This document shows, in pieces, positions 13,454 through 27,852 of a DNA stretch of 64,000 bases (its first letter is position 1; each line of letters opens with the position of its first letter). The DNA comes from Octopus vulgaris. Taxonomy: Eukaryota. The stretch covers positions 33,666,001-33,730,000 of the forward strand of contig OX597832.1 of assembly GCA_951406725.2 (NCBI GenBank), read 5' to 3'. The notes under the pieces were generated by a model. The model did not search any database. It was given only the letters and a program-made list of their open reading frames with translations, and was not told the origin of the DNA. The position numbers and the translations under genes are program-made.

Positions 13454-13531
13454 GTGGTACATATGTTTCGGGCCTTTATTAGACGGATTTATAACAATGC
13501 ATAATGTGTGTCTATGGCCTTCTTCAGCCGC
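13454..13531 (-). ncRNA. Type I hammerhead ribozyme-like fold, canonical core
   Basis: GCGG-CUGAAGA-A-GGCC..UAGAC..GUCUA..GGCC-C-GAAAC-AUAU-GUA-CCAC; palindromic ACAUAUGU helix III; helix I has one mismatch. Confidence 0.65.
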
Positions 13532-13577
13532 GCACAACTACAACCTCAAGGACACGTATTACATCAAAAATTCTATA

Positions 13578-13635
<58 letters not shown>

Positions 13636-13732
13636 CATATATATATACATATATATATATACATACATATATATATATACATATATATATACATATGTAC
13701 ATACATTTATATATACGTATATATATATATGC

Positions 13733-13766
<34 letters not shown>

Positions 13767-14269
13767 ATATATAGAAAGATAGGTAGATATTTATACACGC
13801 GCACACACATATTGGATCAACATAAAGCAGCAGTGGGTATGGAACATATGAGATAAAATGTTTGCTTCCCAACCGCAGGGTTCCTAGTTCAGCCCCATGT
13901 CGTTGAACCCTATGGGACGACAACCACACTCTACAAAGAATGTATCAGTCTGTGAGTCAGCTGGGAAACATTTGACTAGGAAACATTCGATTAAAAACAC
14001 ATCTATTTAAAGAATACAAATCTATTCTCGATCATAGAAAATGTGCAAAGCATTCTATTGTCACAATGTTCGGTTAAATGATTGTAATTAAGTTGGAGAA
14101 AATTATAATAATTCATAAGAAGAAATGGGAGGTTGAGAATTATTTTCTTTTAAAGTGAGAAACACTTTCATCACAGTATATATATGACACAATTAATGTG
14201 TGTGCATGTCTTTGTACATATATATATATATATATATATGTATGTATATATAAATATATATATATGTAC

Positions 14270-14465
14270 ACACATGCTGTCGGAGAGGAACTCATGATCT
14301 TCCAGGAACTCGGTCAGTTTCATCCTGACAATGCCTTCCATGACTTTGTGACGCGGGAGGTGAGAGAGAGTTCTACAGTTTTTAGCATCCGTCTCCTGCC
14401 TCTTTTATGGATAAGACAAACTATGCCTTCTTTAACTCCCTGGGAGTTACGCGGAAGCTCTGGAA
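14270..14465 (-). mobile_element. CR1/Jockey-type LINE RT fragment (domains 1-2)
   Basis: Frameshifted KEGIVCLIHKRG..DAKNCR..SLTS..KVMEGIVRMKLTEFLEDHEFLSD. Confidence 0.65.
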
Positions 14466-14699
14466 GAGAATCTGTATTAGTCTTATTCTTTGGTAATTTT
14501 TTTCTATTTTAAACACTCTCAAGAAGGATAATCTCAGATCATTAACGTTTTGGAGGTCATTATAATTCATATATCACTAAATTATTTCTGCTTTGTATGC
14601 GGGCATCTCCCCAGCGCGGATTATATTCCAACCCACCACCGGATGTATTTTTGTGGGCATAAACATGATTTCACAAATGTGTTTGATGAAAGCTCCCCT

Positions 14700-15545
14700 G
14701 GAATTAAATAACAACAACATAAACAAGAGCAACAACAGCATCGCTACCACCAGTAACTCTAATTCTAACAATCAGGAGCAGCACTATCAGGATAAGCAGC
14801 ATCACCAGCGCCACGTGTATCGTCACTATCAACGCCATACCCAATCCAGTATCGTGACCATCCCTACAAATATCGCCACCAGAGACATAAACAGGACCAA
14901 CTTTTTCATCGCTATCAGTCACAACAAACCGCTAAGCAGCTTAACCACAACCCCACCACCAGTAACGTCTCCACCACACCAACCACCAGCTCACTAGCAC
15001 CACCACCACCACCACCACCACCTCAACCACCTCCATTGCATCTGCCACCAGCACTAAAACACAACCATAGACACTAAAACTGCTACTGTCAAAATGACCA
15101 CCACCACGGCATTCAATACCATTCAAACTACCACCTTTAAAACTACCACCAAAACTACAACCACAGCCACCACCATCCCCAACAACGCCAACACACATCC
15201 CTCCTATCCCTTCAACAACCACCATCTCTCTCTCTCCACAGTCTCTACAAGGATCACTAAGGTATATGCTACCAACTGCATCTTGAGTTCTTCCATCAGC
15301 AGACACACCGCCGTCATCGTACACAATATTTCTAACATCCCCGTCACCACTATCACCACAACCAACACCCTCTACAACATCTCCACCATCAGTAACTGCC
15401 ACCGCCATCGCCATCATCGCCAACATCGTCACGAACAGTGGCAGAGCCTCAATCAACACCATCAAATGTAACAAGCTTACCGCGATTACCATCTACGCCT
15501 ACCGCACGTCCATCGCCACCACCAACAACACAGCAACAAATAAAA
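14700..15545. repeat. Decayed (CCA/CAA/CAT)n low-complexity tract
   Basis: Trinucleotide-periodic C/A-rich sequence. Confidence 0.8.
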
Positions 15546-15695
15546 ATCAAGAACAAATAATAGAAATGAAAAAAAAAAATGAAAAAATTAAGCAAAGAAA
15601 TGTAAAGATACATATAAATATATATGTATATCATATATTAAATACACGCACACGCATACACACACATATATATAAATATATATATATATTTGTAT

Positions 15696-15785
<90 letters not shown>

Positions 15786-16100
15786 ACGTATATATGTATA
15801 TGCATATACATATATACATATACACACATTAACACACGTATGTATATATATGTTAAAAACATATCTTCATAGAGGCACCATATCTGACATGTCCAAGAGA
15901 CTTGATATATCTGGCCAGAGTCGTTAGTTCCACTAAAACCAATTGAGCCATGAAATTGCTTCCAATTCTCTGCCGAATCCTGATACAATGAATCAAAACG
16001 AAAAGATAAAAACGAAAACAGAAATAAACTATAAAAAAAAAGCTTTAAAAAGATAAAAAAATAGCATTAGTGACATTCGCGATAAGTGTTTTAATTCTGA

Positions 16101-16143
<43 letters not shown>

Positions 16144-17667
16144 TGTTTATATGTGTGTATTAAAGTATGTGTATATGTTCATGTATGTATATGTGTATAT
16201 GCTTTTTTTATAATTATTTCCCATTCGATGCATGTATGTATATATGCTTGTTTAGGAACGTTTGTCTGTGCGAGGTATAGAAGTACGCCATTATAAAAGA
16301 GAATATCATATACATAGAGTACACACATACACACCCCTCAACAAAAGCACATATATATGTATATATATATCTATACATACATATATATATATATATATGT
16401 GTGTCTGTGTGCGTATGTATTTATGTGTATATGAATGTATGTATGTATGTATGTATGTATGAATGTATGTATGCGTGCGTGCGTGCATGTATGTATATGA
16501 AGATGCATACAGTGTATCTTAAAAGTAATATCACAACATTTAAACACGCTATGTTTGAAAAATTTGATGTTTCCAGAAAACTCTCTCATGTTACAAAAAT
16601 AATTTATAAATATATATCTCCCCTCTCTCTCTTTCTCTTTTTCACTTTAACTCTCTCTCTCTCTATCTCTCTCTTTATATATACTCTTTTCTCTTCCTTC
16701 TATCCCTCCTACTATTCCTTTAGTACCGATAGTTCTCTTCTCGCCCCCTCAGTATCTTGACTACCATCTAGCTCTCCTTTTTTCATTTTCTCTTCCTCTT
16801 TCTTTCTTCCTTCTTCCTCCTCTCCAATCCTTTTGACCTATACAATTTTCCTCCTTCTAACATACTTATCTACTCTCTTCTCTCTATCCACTTCCTTCTA
16901 CCAGTATATTCTCAAAATTTCATTTACACTACAAAACCCACTTTAAATGAACAGCACATGGAATTAATATTTGCATATTATCCATTTCTAATAACTAAAT
17001 ATGAACTCCTATCGGCATCTGCAGAGATAAGAAGCCTCTCTTCCCATTCTACACAGCACTTTCCTTGGATAATGGAACTGCAACTGTAACATCCAACGTA
17101 TATTTTAATTCTCATATTTCCTTTTATATTTCCTATATTTCTCCCTTTCCAAAATAACCTCTTATATTCAACTCTAATATTTCCTTCTGTTTAACTCTCT
17201 CATATCGTCTCTCATAATGGGATATCCTTTATATCCATGAAACACCTCTAAGAATACCCTTCTCTTTATAAATCTTCGAGAAATTTCGCATTGCCTTGGC
17301 TTTGTTGTCTGATTTTATTTAACATATATGTGTCTGCATGTGTGTGTGAGTGTGCGTGTGTATGTGTATGTCTCTCTGTTTGTGTGCGTGGGAGCATGTG
17401 TTTGTGTGTATGTATGTATAAATATTCATTGCGTTTCAAATTATTAACGACGTAACATTTTTTTTATTTAAAAACAACTCGCTGGAATTCAACGCAATTT
17501 CCACAGAATGAAGTCAAGAGTTATATGCGCGTGGTGTGTAAAAACGTGAGGTTTTGCGCAAGTATAAACCAACCGTGGCCATTTATATAATTTCCACGAA
17601 CTTTCAGTGGTCTGATAATTGGGTGACTATGGGTCGTAAATGTGACTTAACTTGCCGTGAAGTAGGT

Positions 17668-17990
17668 TCATCTGGTAGGCTTTGATTTAAAACCCCTTAC
17701 ATCTACTTTGTGCAAGTTCCTCAGATTCGTTGGGAGAATATTAAAAAGCTGTGGGCCCTTGAAACTCAGGCTGTTGCAGTAACTGATCCTGAAGCGTGAT
17801 GGCATTGATGGGACATTTGGCACTATGCAGTGTCGTCCCGTTCTGGCATTGCTGTAGCTTTCAATGCCAAAATTTGTCACAATTCCTTTCAGGATCTTCC
17901 AGATATATATTACTGCATACCTCTCCCGTCTTCTCTCCGGGGAATAGAGTCTTAAGTGTTTCAATCTTTCCCAGTAGCTGAGCTGTCTAG
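17668..17990 (-). mobile_element. CR1/L2-group LINE ORF2 3' fragment
   Basis: LRLYSPERRRERYAVIYIWKIL...SLSFKGPQLFNILPTNLRN, a typical post-RT region. Confidence 0.8.
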
Positions 17991-18631
17991 GTCCTGCATT
18001 CGCTTAGATAGTTTTTTTTTTGTTCGGGTTTTTTAATTGTGACTTATTTAAGCAAAGGTCGAACTGTGCTACTCTAAAGCCTTTAATTTAAAAGAGTTTC
18101 GGGTGTTGGTGTTAAAAATAAAATACAATTATCCTCAAACCAGTCAACTGTACTAAATGGTGAAAGCACCGTGAACTCGGCTAAATATACAACCAAGGAA
18201 TAGCTGGCGCTGTTAATCCGCATTAAACATATCACTCACATTACCCAGGTTCAAAAACCATAATACATTCCACAAGCCATACCATTTTTTAATATTTTTT
18301 TAGCTTTACTAATCAGTCGCGGGAACTTTATTTAATCGATCCTGAAAAAATAAAAAGCAAATTTGAATTCTGCATGATCAGAACTCAGACTGCGATTTGT
18401 TTAACTAAAGCTCTTCGATGAGCGACTCAACATTGCCACAGGTCAATGAAGGAAACAATAAAACATGAAAAGATAAAAATATAAAGCAATTATTCAGATA
18501 TTTTGATAAATGCAATAGGATGTGTTTGTGATGAAATTTTGTCATCTCTGGCCTTAATACATGGCGAAAATTTTAGGTGCCGTTTAAATCGAATAATTTG
18601 TCCCAGAATACAGATGCTATTTTAATTTATT

Positions 18632-18875
18632 AAGGTGGCGAATTGGCAGAGTCGTTAGCACACAGGACGAAATGCTTAGCCGTATTTCGGCTGCCGCTAC
18701 GTTCTGAGTTCAAATTCCGCCGAGGTCGACTTTGCCTTTCATCCTTTTGGGGTCGATTAAATAAGTACCAGTTATGCACTGGGTCGATATAATCGACTTA
18801 ATCTGTTTGCCTGTTTGTCCTTGTTTGTCCTCTCTGTGTTTAGCCCCTTGTGGGTAGTAAAGAAATAGAAATAGG
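18632..18875 (+). mobile_element. Full-length tRNA-derived SINE with 14-bp TSD
   Basis: A-box-like tggcagagtcg and B-box-like gagttcaaattcc; TSD tattttaatttatt at 18618-18631 and 18876-18889; highly similar to 49565-49799. Confidence 0.9.
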
Positions 18876-19309
18876 TATTTTAATTTATTGAACCTGTCAT
18901 GACGAGAGGAGAAGTTGATCTCATGTCGAAATACATGTACGCATTTTATTCAAGACTTTTCCGATTCTAACAATTCACTAAACCTTAGCGTAATTACATT
19001 ATCAACAACGAAGGTATGATAAAAAATAATAACTGTTGCGGATTACGAAGAGGCGGCCGAGATGAAGGAAATAAAAGAGTATAAGGACAGATTTAAAACA
19101 GAATATTATAATGTTTATACCGTTACTGCTTGATTTCTGACACCCTGGCACCATTAGTGTATAAATATATAATTAAATAATACGCAATTGAAACAGTATA
19201 TAAGGAATAATTTAGTGATTGTCCGTGTGGAAAGCAAGCAATTCAACAGGAAATTGATATGAAGCTGATCGAAGGAATATAAACAAGAGCGGAGCAAGAA
19301 AATGTGTAG

Positions 19310-19381
19310 GTAGGTGGATAGGTAGATAGATAGACTGATTGATTGATTGATTGATAGATAGTTATAGATAGATAGATAGTT

Positions 19382-19417
<36 letters not shown>

Positions 19418-19471
19418 GTAGGTAGGTAGGTAGGTAGGTAGGTAGGTAGGTAGGTAGGTAGATAGATAGAC

Positions 19472-19560
<89 letters not shown>

Positions 19561-19611
19561 GATATATAGATGGATAGATAGACATACTGACAGACATACA
19601 TACAGACAGAC

Positions 19612-19646
<35 letters not shown>

Positions 19647-19665
19647 CAGACAATCAGACAGACAG
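19310..19665. repeat. (AGAT)n/(AGGT)n tetranucleotide repeat
   Basis: Direct reading. Confidence 0.95.
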
Positions 19666-20570
19666 AGGAAGTGTTTATGAACAGATATATGTATTTGGGG
19701 AATGTACGGATGGCAAATATAATGGCAGACAAAAATGGTCGGTATTTTGGTGAACTGATTAGTAAGCATCGACACAAATGCGTTAATAGAGAGGCAAGTA
19801 TTACAAATCAGCATATACGTGTGTGTGTGTGTGTGTGTGCTTGCTTGTGTGTGTGTACGCCTGTGTGTGTGAGCGCTTGTGTGTGCGCGTGTGTACATAA
19901 GTAAATACACACACACACACATTTACTGAATATGTGCAACTCTGTTTCTGGTTTCTCTCTTTCTTTCTCACTCTATCAGTCTTTCTATTTTTCTATTTAT
20001 CACTCCGCATTTCTATATGTACACATATATATAGTCGTTCGTATGTGTGTGTATGTGTGGGTGGAGAGTTTAAATATATACGCATCTATGTATGCGTTCA
20101 TTTATGCATGCACGTATACAACAAACAGACACAGACACACACAGACACACACAGATATTTCAAATTATACCTTCCTTTATCTCTAAAATACAAAAACATA
20201 ATTTGAAGGTAAATGCATCATATACCAGCTGCTATTTGCTGTTTACTAAACAATAAACTAACAATTTAGCGTCCTTTTTGTAAATATAACGAGCACATTT
20301 GATACGCAAACTGGCAAATTAAGCCGTATCAGCATCTAGCATTTACCTCGTGAAGAATTCTTCTTGAACGCTTTATTAGTGTTAAGGAATTGTTTGTGCA
20401 GAGAGCGAGTTCGATTGCAATTTACGTAATTAATGTTTACATCGGGTTTGGAAACTACGTGAAAGCGATATTAAGTGTCTTGAATAACGAACGAATAGAC
20501 CAACACAGATTTATATGATAGCGTTTATACACGACTATATAAACACACACACACACATACACACATGCAT

Positions 20571-20639
<69 letters not shown>

Positions 20640-20850
20640 TATATATATACAGAGAGAGAGAGAGAGAGAAGGGGTGAGAGAGAGAGAGACAGACAAATAG
20701 ACAGACAGTCAAACAGATTGACAGACATACAGACAGATATGTAAAATGATAACTGAGTTATGATTAGGTATGTACACACTTTGAAAGCAATTAACAAAAA
20801 GAAAATAGAAAAGAGCAAGACTATATGTGTGTAGTTGTGTTTCCATTTTG

Positions 20851-20893
<43 letters not shown>

Positions 20894-21669
20894 TACGTAT
20901 ATATGTGTGTGTGCGTGTATGTGTGTGTATGCGTGTGTGTGTACGCAATGGTTGTATGTTTGTCTTGATTTAAAAGTGTTTCATGGAAAACTTAACACAT
21001 TATATACTAGACTTGAATGTTGAGTGTATTTAAATCTATTCTGAATATAAAATCTACGACGGAACCAATATTTCTTGTCTGGTAAATTTCCTCGGGGATG
21101 CTTATAAAACACCAAACCGTGTTTGTTATTAATAGACGATGCCCTGGTGAAAAATATTTAGACTTGAAACGTTGCTAACATTATAAGGCTGAAATGTAAA
21201 ATCACATGCGCACACGCACACACGCACACAAGCACACATGCACACACGCGCACACGCACAATATTTCTTCTCCCCCCTTTCCCTCCATCTCTCACTCTTC
21301 CCGTTTTGTTTTCTTTATTTTGTCACAGAAGTTTTAGAAACGATATTTATTCATCTTTAAAGAGCTGCTTTGAAGGAACCAGTGTGTTGTAGAATGAGGT
21401 TTTTTTGGGTTTTTTGCCTTTCTCAGAGATCTACAAATCATATTTTTGGTGAATAACTGCACTATTTACGTTCAAAATTATATATTTTTTTCAGTTAAAT
21501 TTCCATGTTCGGCCTTTAAGTTATGTTATCTCGACCAAATCTATGAGTATGAAATAATACTAAATCACATATCGCTCCTTGTCTTATAGTTGAAGCTCCA
21601 TTTCCGTAATCCTTATTGAAGAACTGATGTGCTGGGGGGTCTTCATTTCACGATATTACTTTCCATTCG

Positions 21670-21875
21670 AAACAGCGAGCGCCAGCGGAAACCTTACCAA
21701 GCCGGAAAAATGCTTAGCTGCGTCTCGTCCGTCTTTACGTTCTGAATTCAAATACTTACAGGAACGGTTTTACCTTTCATCTTTTCAAGGTCGATAAGTT
21801 AAGTACCAGAGAAGCGCTGGATCCATGTAATCGACTTCTCCATCCACCGTAATTGCTTTCCTTGTATGAAAAAGG
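21670..21875 (+). mobile_element. Degenerate SINE copy
   Basis: aaatgcttagc...cgtccgtctttacgttctgaattcaaat...cctttcatc...gtcgataag..aagtacca. Confidence 0.7.
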
Positions 21876-22029
21876 TGAAACCCGTATTAGTTTCCATTCC
21901 GAAAAGATTTGAAGCCTGTTTCGGCTTTCGATTTACTTTTATATCTTATGTAGCAGATCTTCAACAACAGAAAATATTAAGTATTATATGTGTGTGTATA
22001 TGTGTGTGTGCGCGCGCGTGCGAGACTGC

Positions 22030-22345
22030 GTGTGTGTGTGTCTTTGTGTGTCCTTGTGTTTGCCACGTACAACAGCTTTACACATAGAATTGATTTATTT
22101 ACATCCCCGTAACTTAGCGGCTCGACATAAACATTCGATGGGCATAAAACTAGGCATAAAGAATGAATATCCGGTTCCAATTCTTCGATTAAACCCCTTC
22201 CAGGCCGAATCCCATGGTTGTACTCCAATGATTTAAGCAAGTGAAATATGTGGCACCTTGGGCAAGTGTCTCCTACTATAGCCTCGGGCCGACCAAAGCC
22301 TTGTGAGTGGATTTGGTAGACGGAAACTGAAAGAACTATGTCGTA
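22030..22345 (+). mobile_element. Fragments of a second SINE family
   Basis: tttacatccccgtaacttagcgg recurs at about 54215, 56812 and 62760; ggcaccttgggcaagtgtc..ctatagcc..ggatttggtagacggaaac recurs degenerately at about 56460-56540. Confidence 0.7.
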
Positions 22346-22364
22346 TATATGTATGTATATATAC

Positions 22365-22410
<46 letters not shown>

Positions 22411-23941
22411 CATATATATATATATATATATATATGTATACATATACATATAGATATATATTTGTATATATATAGATGTTAAAATTAATTGTGTCTATTT
22501 CCGGTCATACAGTCACGAATGGTTTCACATCAACAAACGCTTTAGTCACTTTGACGTCTTGTGGAGGTCAGACGCTAAAGCCGAATATCTCATGAATGTG
22601 AAACCATTGGTAGACTCAGTTGCCTTTAATACATTACTGCTCTATGCTTGAGCGTGAATTTGTTATCCGGATATACGATACATTCACGAATATATATATA
22701 TTTATATATTTATATGCAGATATATGTGTATGTCAATTAAGCGTTTAAGGTTGTTTATAACATTGTATTAACATTTCTGTCCAAACTTCTATATATTTGT
22801 TTCTCTCCTCTCTCTTTCTCTCTCTATCTCTCTGTTTGTATGTGAGTGTTTACGTGTGGGTGTATATAAACATACAAACCTATATGCTATAGCATAACAC
22901 CGGGTAGCTGCTACCCGCTACCAAATGTTATCTAACGAATGCTCCTATACGTGGTTGTTCATGCTGCTAAGAATGGCAAACACGTTTAACTTAAATCACG
23001 CCCAACACTATTTAAAAGAAAAAAAAAACAACTGGTGACTTAGTGGATGAAGTCCTGTGTCCTGTGCTCGCCGGAAAAGAAAATGGAATAATGTTACTGC
23101 TGGTATGCTGGTTCTAGATGATCCTAGATCAGCTCGGTCAGAGCTGACCTGGGGCTAAATAACAACAACACCAACAACTGTATGAATTACAACAATAGCA
23201 ATGAGAACAGAAAAACCAACAACATCAAGAATGCAGCAGGAAATAAGATAAACATTGAATTACGTTTCTTTATTCATCTGTTATGAATGACGACGTGAAA
23301 AAAAAAACCATAAAAAATATGGAAGACAAGAATGAACACAAGCTCTAACACACACACAATAAAAAAGGAAAGACAATTGTTTTGCTTAAAGGATCTTTCT
23401 GGAATATAGTATTTATGTCTTTGAGATAACAAAAATAATAAATACGAATGATAGAGAATGGAAATAGAAGCATATACAATGAAATGCTCATTCCATGAAC
23501 AAACAGTTAATTATCTTGAAAGAATGATGGAAGTACGAAGATTGTTGTTGTTGTTGTTGTTGTCTTTGTCGTTGTTGCTGTTGTTGTTGTTGTTGATAAA
23601 GAATTAGTAGCAAAAAATATATAAATATTTAATAATTTAATACGCAAAACGCTAAAGAATAATTCGAGAAATTTTTTCTTAGGATATTCATACAAACTTA
23701 ATATATGCACCAGTGAATTGAGAGCCAAATGAATAAAGAAGAAACAAGATTCGGGCCCCTACGCGCATACACACATGTGCGTGTGTGTGTTTGTGTGTGT
23801 CTGCGTGTATGCGTGTGTGTGCGTGTGTTTGTGTGTATAACAATTCGTCTATCCATCTAAAATATACAAACGGAGATATGTTTATATACATACCCATATA
23901 TGTGTGTGTGTGTGATTGTGTAAGGATGAACATATATATAC

Positions 23942-24022
<81 letters not shown>

Positions 24023-24306
24023 TACATATTTACTTATAAGTATGTATACAATTAAATATTTACAAAGCAAGCAGAATCGGTTAGTTGTGTCTTTTTGTTC
24101 TTTGTTTTTTCCCCTCTTCCGTTCCTCTGGTTGCTTCACAGAAATTATTATTGATCTCCATAGAAATCTTGTTCTTTTTGCCAACTCCGGAATGTATGAA
24201 ATTCCACATAGCTTTATATAAGCAAATTGTTACAGAATTATGGTATACGCTAATGATGTTTTGTCTGTATGTATAGATGTACACATACACACACACACAC
24301 ACACTC

Positions 24307-24342
<36 letters not shown>

Positions 24343-24521
24343 GTATATACGTATGTGTGACTCTCAATGCGTATATATATATATGTATATTCTGTATTGT
24401 CATTGTGTAGAATGACAGACCTATTTCGCAATGAGTTGATGTGTTTGGAACAGCTGAGATTCTAGAAATCATAGCAATAGGAACAACGCGAAGCAATTAC
24501 AGAATTACACAAAAAAAACTA

Positions 24522-24557
<36 letters not shown>

Positions 24558-24819
24558 TTGGTGGTGGGTGATTGTGGTGGGGTGGGAGGTGCTGGTGCTG
24601 GTGATGATGATGGTGAGTATTTCTTTTATCTGCTACCAAGGCGAAGAAAGTGGGTTACACCAAAAAGACAGACATATTTGTTGAGTTTTACATATTAAGA
24701 AATGATTTTTTTAAAATATCGAAAAAAGATAAGACACCTGATGGAGATTAATCTACAGGGAGTTATGGAGAAAGCTAGGAATGGTTCACACTGCGAAAGA
24801 ACAAGAATGTAGTGAAGTA

Positions 24820-24899
24820 CTAGAAAGTAAGGAATGTAAGATGTTTTGGGATTTTAACATTTCAGACGGACACGGTACTAGAAACTAGAAGGCCTACTT

Positions 24900-24950
<51 letters not shown>

Positions 24951-27830
24951 CAACAGCAGCAGCAGTAGCAGTAGTAGTAGCAGTAGTAGTAATAATAAAA
25001 GAATACAAGCGCAGCCACAATAAAATGTGTGTGTATCTTCATTGGCTCTTATGCTGTAAATACTAATATGAAGTAACAGAGAACCGGTATGAGCAAGTAC
25101 CAAGTAAAGTTATGCGAGAAGATGAAAAAGTAACGATACTCTGGGACTATGATTTTTCAGACGGATCGTGTAATCGAACACCGTCGGCCGAATATTGTCA
25201 TATTGAATAAGAGAGATAAATACTATCATATCATTGATGTAGCCATACCAAATGACATGAATTTTGTGAGTAAAGTGGTTGAAAAAAATCACCAAGAAAT
25301 GGAAATGGCAAGATTGTATGGAATGCGAGGGGGTAATGTGAAAGTGATACCAGTGGTGATCGGGGTGTTAGGCTCAATCCATTTAAACTTCGAGACTTCT
25401 TATGGCAACTGGAAATCCCATGCAAGATTGATGTCTTGGAAAAAGGAGCCTTATTGGGCACAGCGCACATCTTAAGGAAAGTATTAATTGTTCGAGGCCC
25501 CTCTTGTGACTTGACAGATGACCAAAGGCTCCGGTGCATTTTTACATACACTGTAAAATAATAATAATAAGCTGGTGTAGACCTGGAACACACACATCAG
25601 TAGCTACGGAACTCAGGGCTAAAGGCAGAGAGTGAAGGCTGCCCAAGATCAGAGCTTATTGATCCTGAACTATCAAGCGAATATGATGAAAAATGGTGTA
25701 GACCCAAAGTGCCGACATTGCAACGATGGGATACAAAACGTACACCACCTAATCCCTGGAAGTAAGGTTTCAGCGCCTGTAGAGTACAAATCAAGACGAG
25801 GCAATATCTACATTGGATAATATGTCGGCATTATGTAATGGAAACTGCTGACAAATGGTACAAGCACCACCCTGAGGGAGAAAAATGTAACTATTCTTTG
25901 GGAATTCCCAGAATGTAAAGTCGAACCATCGAAGCAGATAAACCAGATACTGTTGTGAAAGACCAAAACAATGAAGTCTGTTTATTGATTGGCATGAGCA
26001 TACCTTGTGACGATAATATCTCGGCAAAACAATTTGTTAAGTTCAGAAAATATAAAGATTTGCTAATCGAAATCGAAAAACTGTGGCATCTCAAGAAGGT
26101 TACAATACCAGTGACTGTAGGAGCACTTGGAATGATCAAAAGAGGAGCTGAAAATTATTTAAGAATTATCCCTGGCTTACCATCCATGCAGGTAGTGCAA
26201 AAGATTGTCTTAACTTTTACGTCACACATATTGAGAAGAGCATCGTCGCTGTGAATTTTCTTTTCTTTCCTCCTTTTATTTTATTTCTTTACTTTTCAAT
26301 GTTGTAAGGAATGACCAAGGATTTGAAGGGCTGTTAACAACTATCGAAGGGCTTAGCAATGACATCAGAATGTACTTTGGACTCGACAATTTTGCTAAAG
26401 CAACTTTTGGGAAGACAAACAGTTTCCATGAAATTAAATATCAACACCACCACAAGAAAATTGCTAATACTTAGAAATAAACAAAGGCTACAATGAAGGA
26501 AACAATTTTAAAAAGGAGTACTATAGCAGAATAAGGCTTGTACTGAAGACTGAACTCAACTCTAAAATCTGCATCGAATCCATTAGCGTTCTGGCAGTTC
26601 TAAGAATCCAGTACAGTTTTAACATCATTAACTGAAATCCTACGAGACTCCAACGCCCAAACAGGAAAACAAGAAAAGTATTGACATCCAAGAACATGCA
26701 CTACCCTAAGGCAATAGTAGACCGTCTGTATCTATCTAGAAGCAGTGGTAGTGTGTGTGTAAGAGCTCCTTTATAGGAATGAACAAGTACTTATCTAGTA
26801 CGGAGATTATAATTTCGAAAGGGATCTTGGCATTGACCCTGAATTAGGTGAAGAGCTTGAAATTACTGCAAGCAAAATGAATCAAGCAAGCTGCAAAAAA
26901 GAACAGACAAAACTAAAATTCAGAAGCGTCGGGGCCAGAAGCCCCTCCTTGGACAATATACCCTCCGAAGCTAAAATGCTGATATAAACCAAGCAGCATC
27001 TTATCAGTGGCTGAGGAGCTCTGAATTGAAAGCTGAGACTGAAGGCTTCATACTGGCAGCACAAGATCAAATCTTGCTTAAGAGAAATTACGTTCTCAAA
27101 AAAAAACGGTACTGACCTTAAAAGAAAATTTTGTGACGCATTTGACACATTAGACTCCTTTGGGGATGTCCCATGCTGGCACCAAACGAATGGAAAAATC
27201 GTCACGATAGAGATAGCACAGTATTTACATTTGAAAATATGTAAACATTATAAAATCGGTAATCCTGCTTACTGGTTTGAACATAATCCTGAGTCAGTTG
27301 TTGAAGGTTAAAACGTCACCATCCTCAGAGATTTTCCAGTCAGCACTGACAGAACGATCAAGGCTAATCGACCAGACATCATTATTAAATGTATGGGGAA
27401 GAAAATTCTTGCAAACTAATAGTTGTAATTGTTCCCACTAATAAGAATATATCAGTAATGGAAATTGACAAACTTAGGGAAAACAAGGACCTGGAAATTG
27501 AATAGCAAAAGATGTGAAATCTTAAAATAAAAACTATTCTTATTATTTTTGGTACCCTATGTGTGATAAAAAAGAAGGGATTCCAGAAGCATTTAGGCGA
27601 CATCCCAATACAACCATGTCTCAAAGAAGTCCAAAAGATTTTGCTGACCAATACTGTCCACATTCTTAGAAAAACCCTATCAATTTGAATGTTTGCGTTG
27701 TATTAAATGGAGATATTTTTCTACTGCCCTCGCCAAACTTTCAGCGATATTTCAACATCTCTTAACATTCAGTTGCTCTAGGGAGATGGGTATGTCCAGG
27801 CATGAGATTGCATCAAAGATGTAAATAATA
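24820..27830 (+). mobile_element. Head-to-tail cluster of at least four 5'-truncated R4/Dong-like LINE copies
   Basis: Separate RLE pieces: 24820-24895 (MFWDFN..TD.VLETRRP); 25080-25490 (ILWDY..QTDRVIEHRRPNIV..IIDVAIP..IPVVIGVLG); 25600-26254 (AAQDQSL..CRHC..HHL..KYKDL); 26310-27690 (RT C-terminus to HILRKTLS). Confidence 0.85.
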
Positions 27831-27852
27831 ACAACAATACTAATAATAATAT

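Noticed and set aside
14593-15492. Mucin-like Thr-rich and Gly/Val-rich ORFs
   Set aside because: Decayed CCA/CAA trinucleotide tract, open on both strands with no supported splice context
21144-21173. Weaker hammerhead-like strings here and at about 1826-1873, 11185-11345, 43190-43228, 55174-55262 and 57492-57520
   Set aside because: Each has GAAA(C) with a palindromic helix III but core mismatches and no convincing helix I; possibly old relics but not supportable individually
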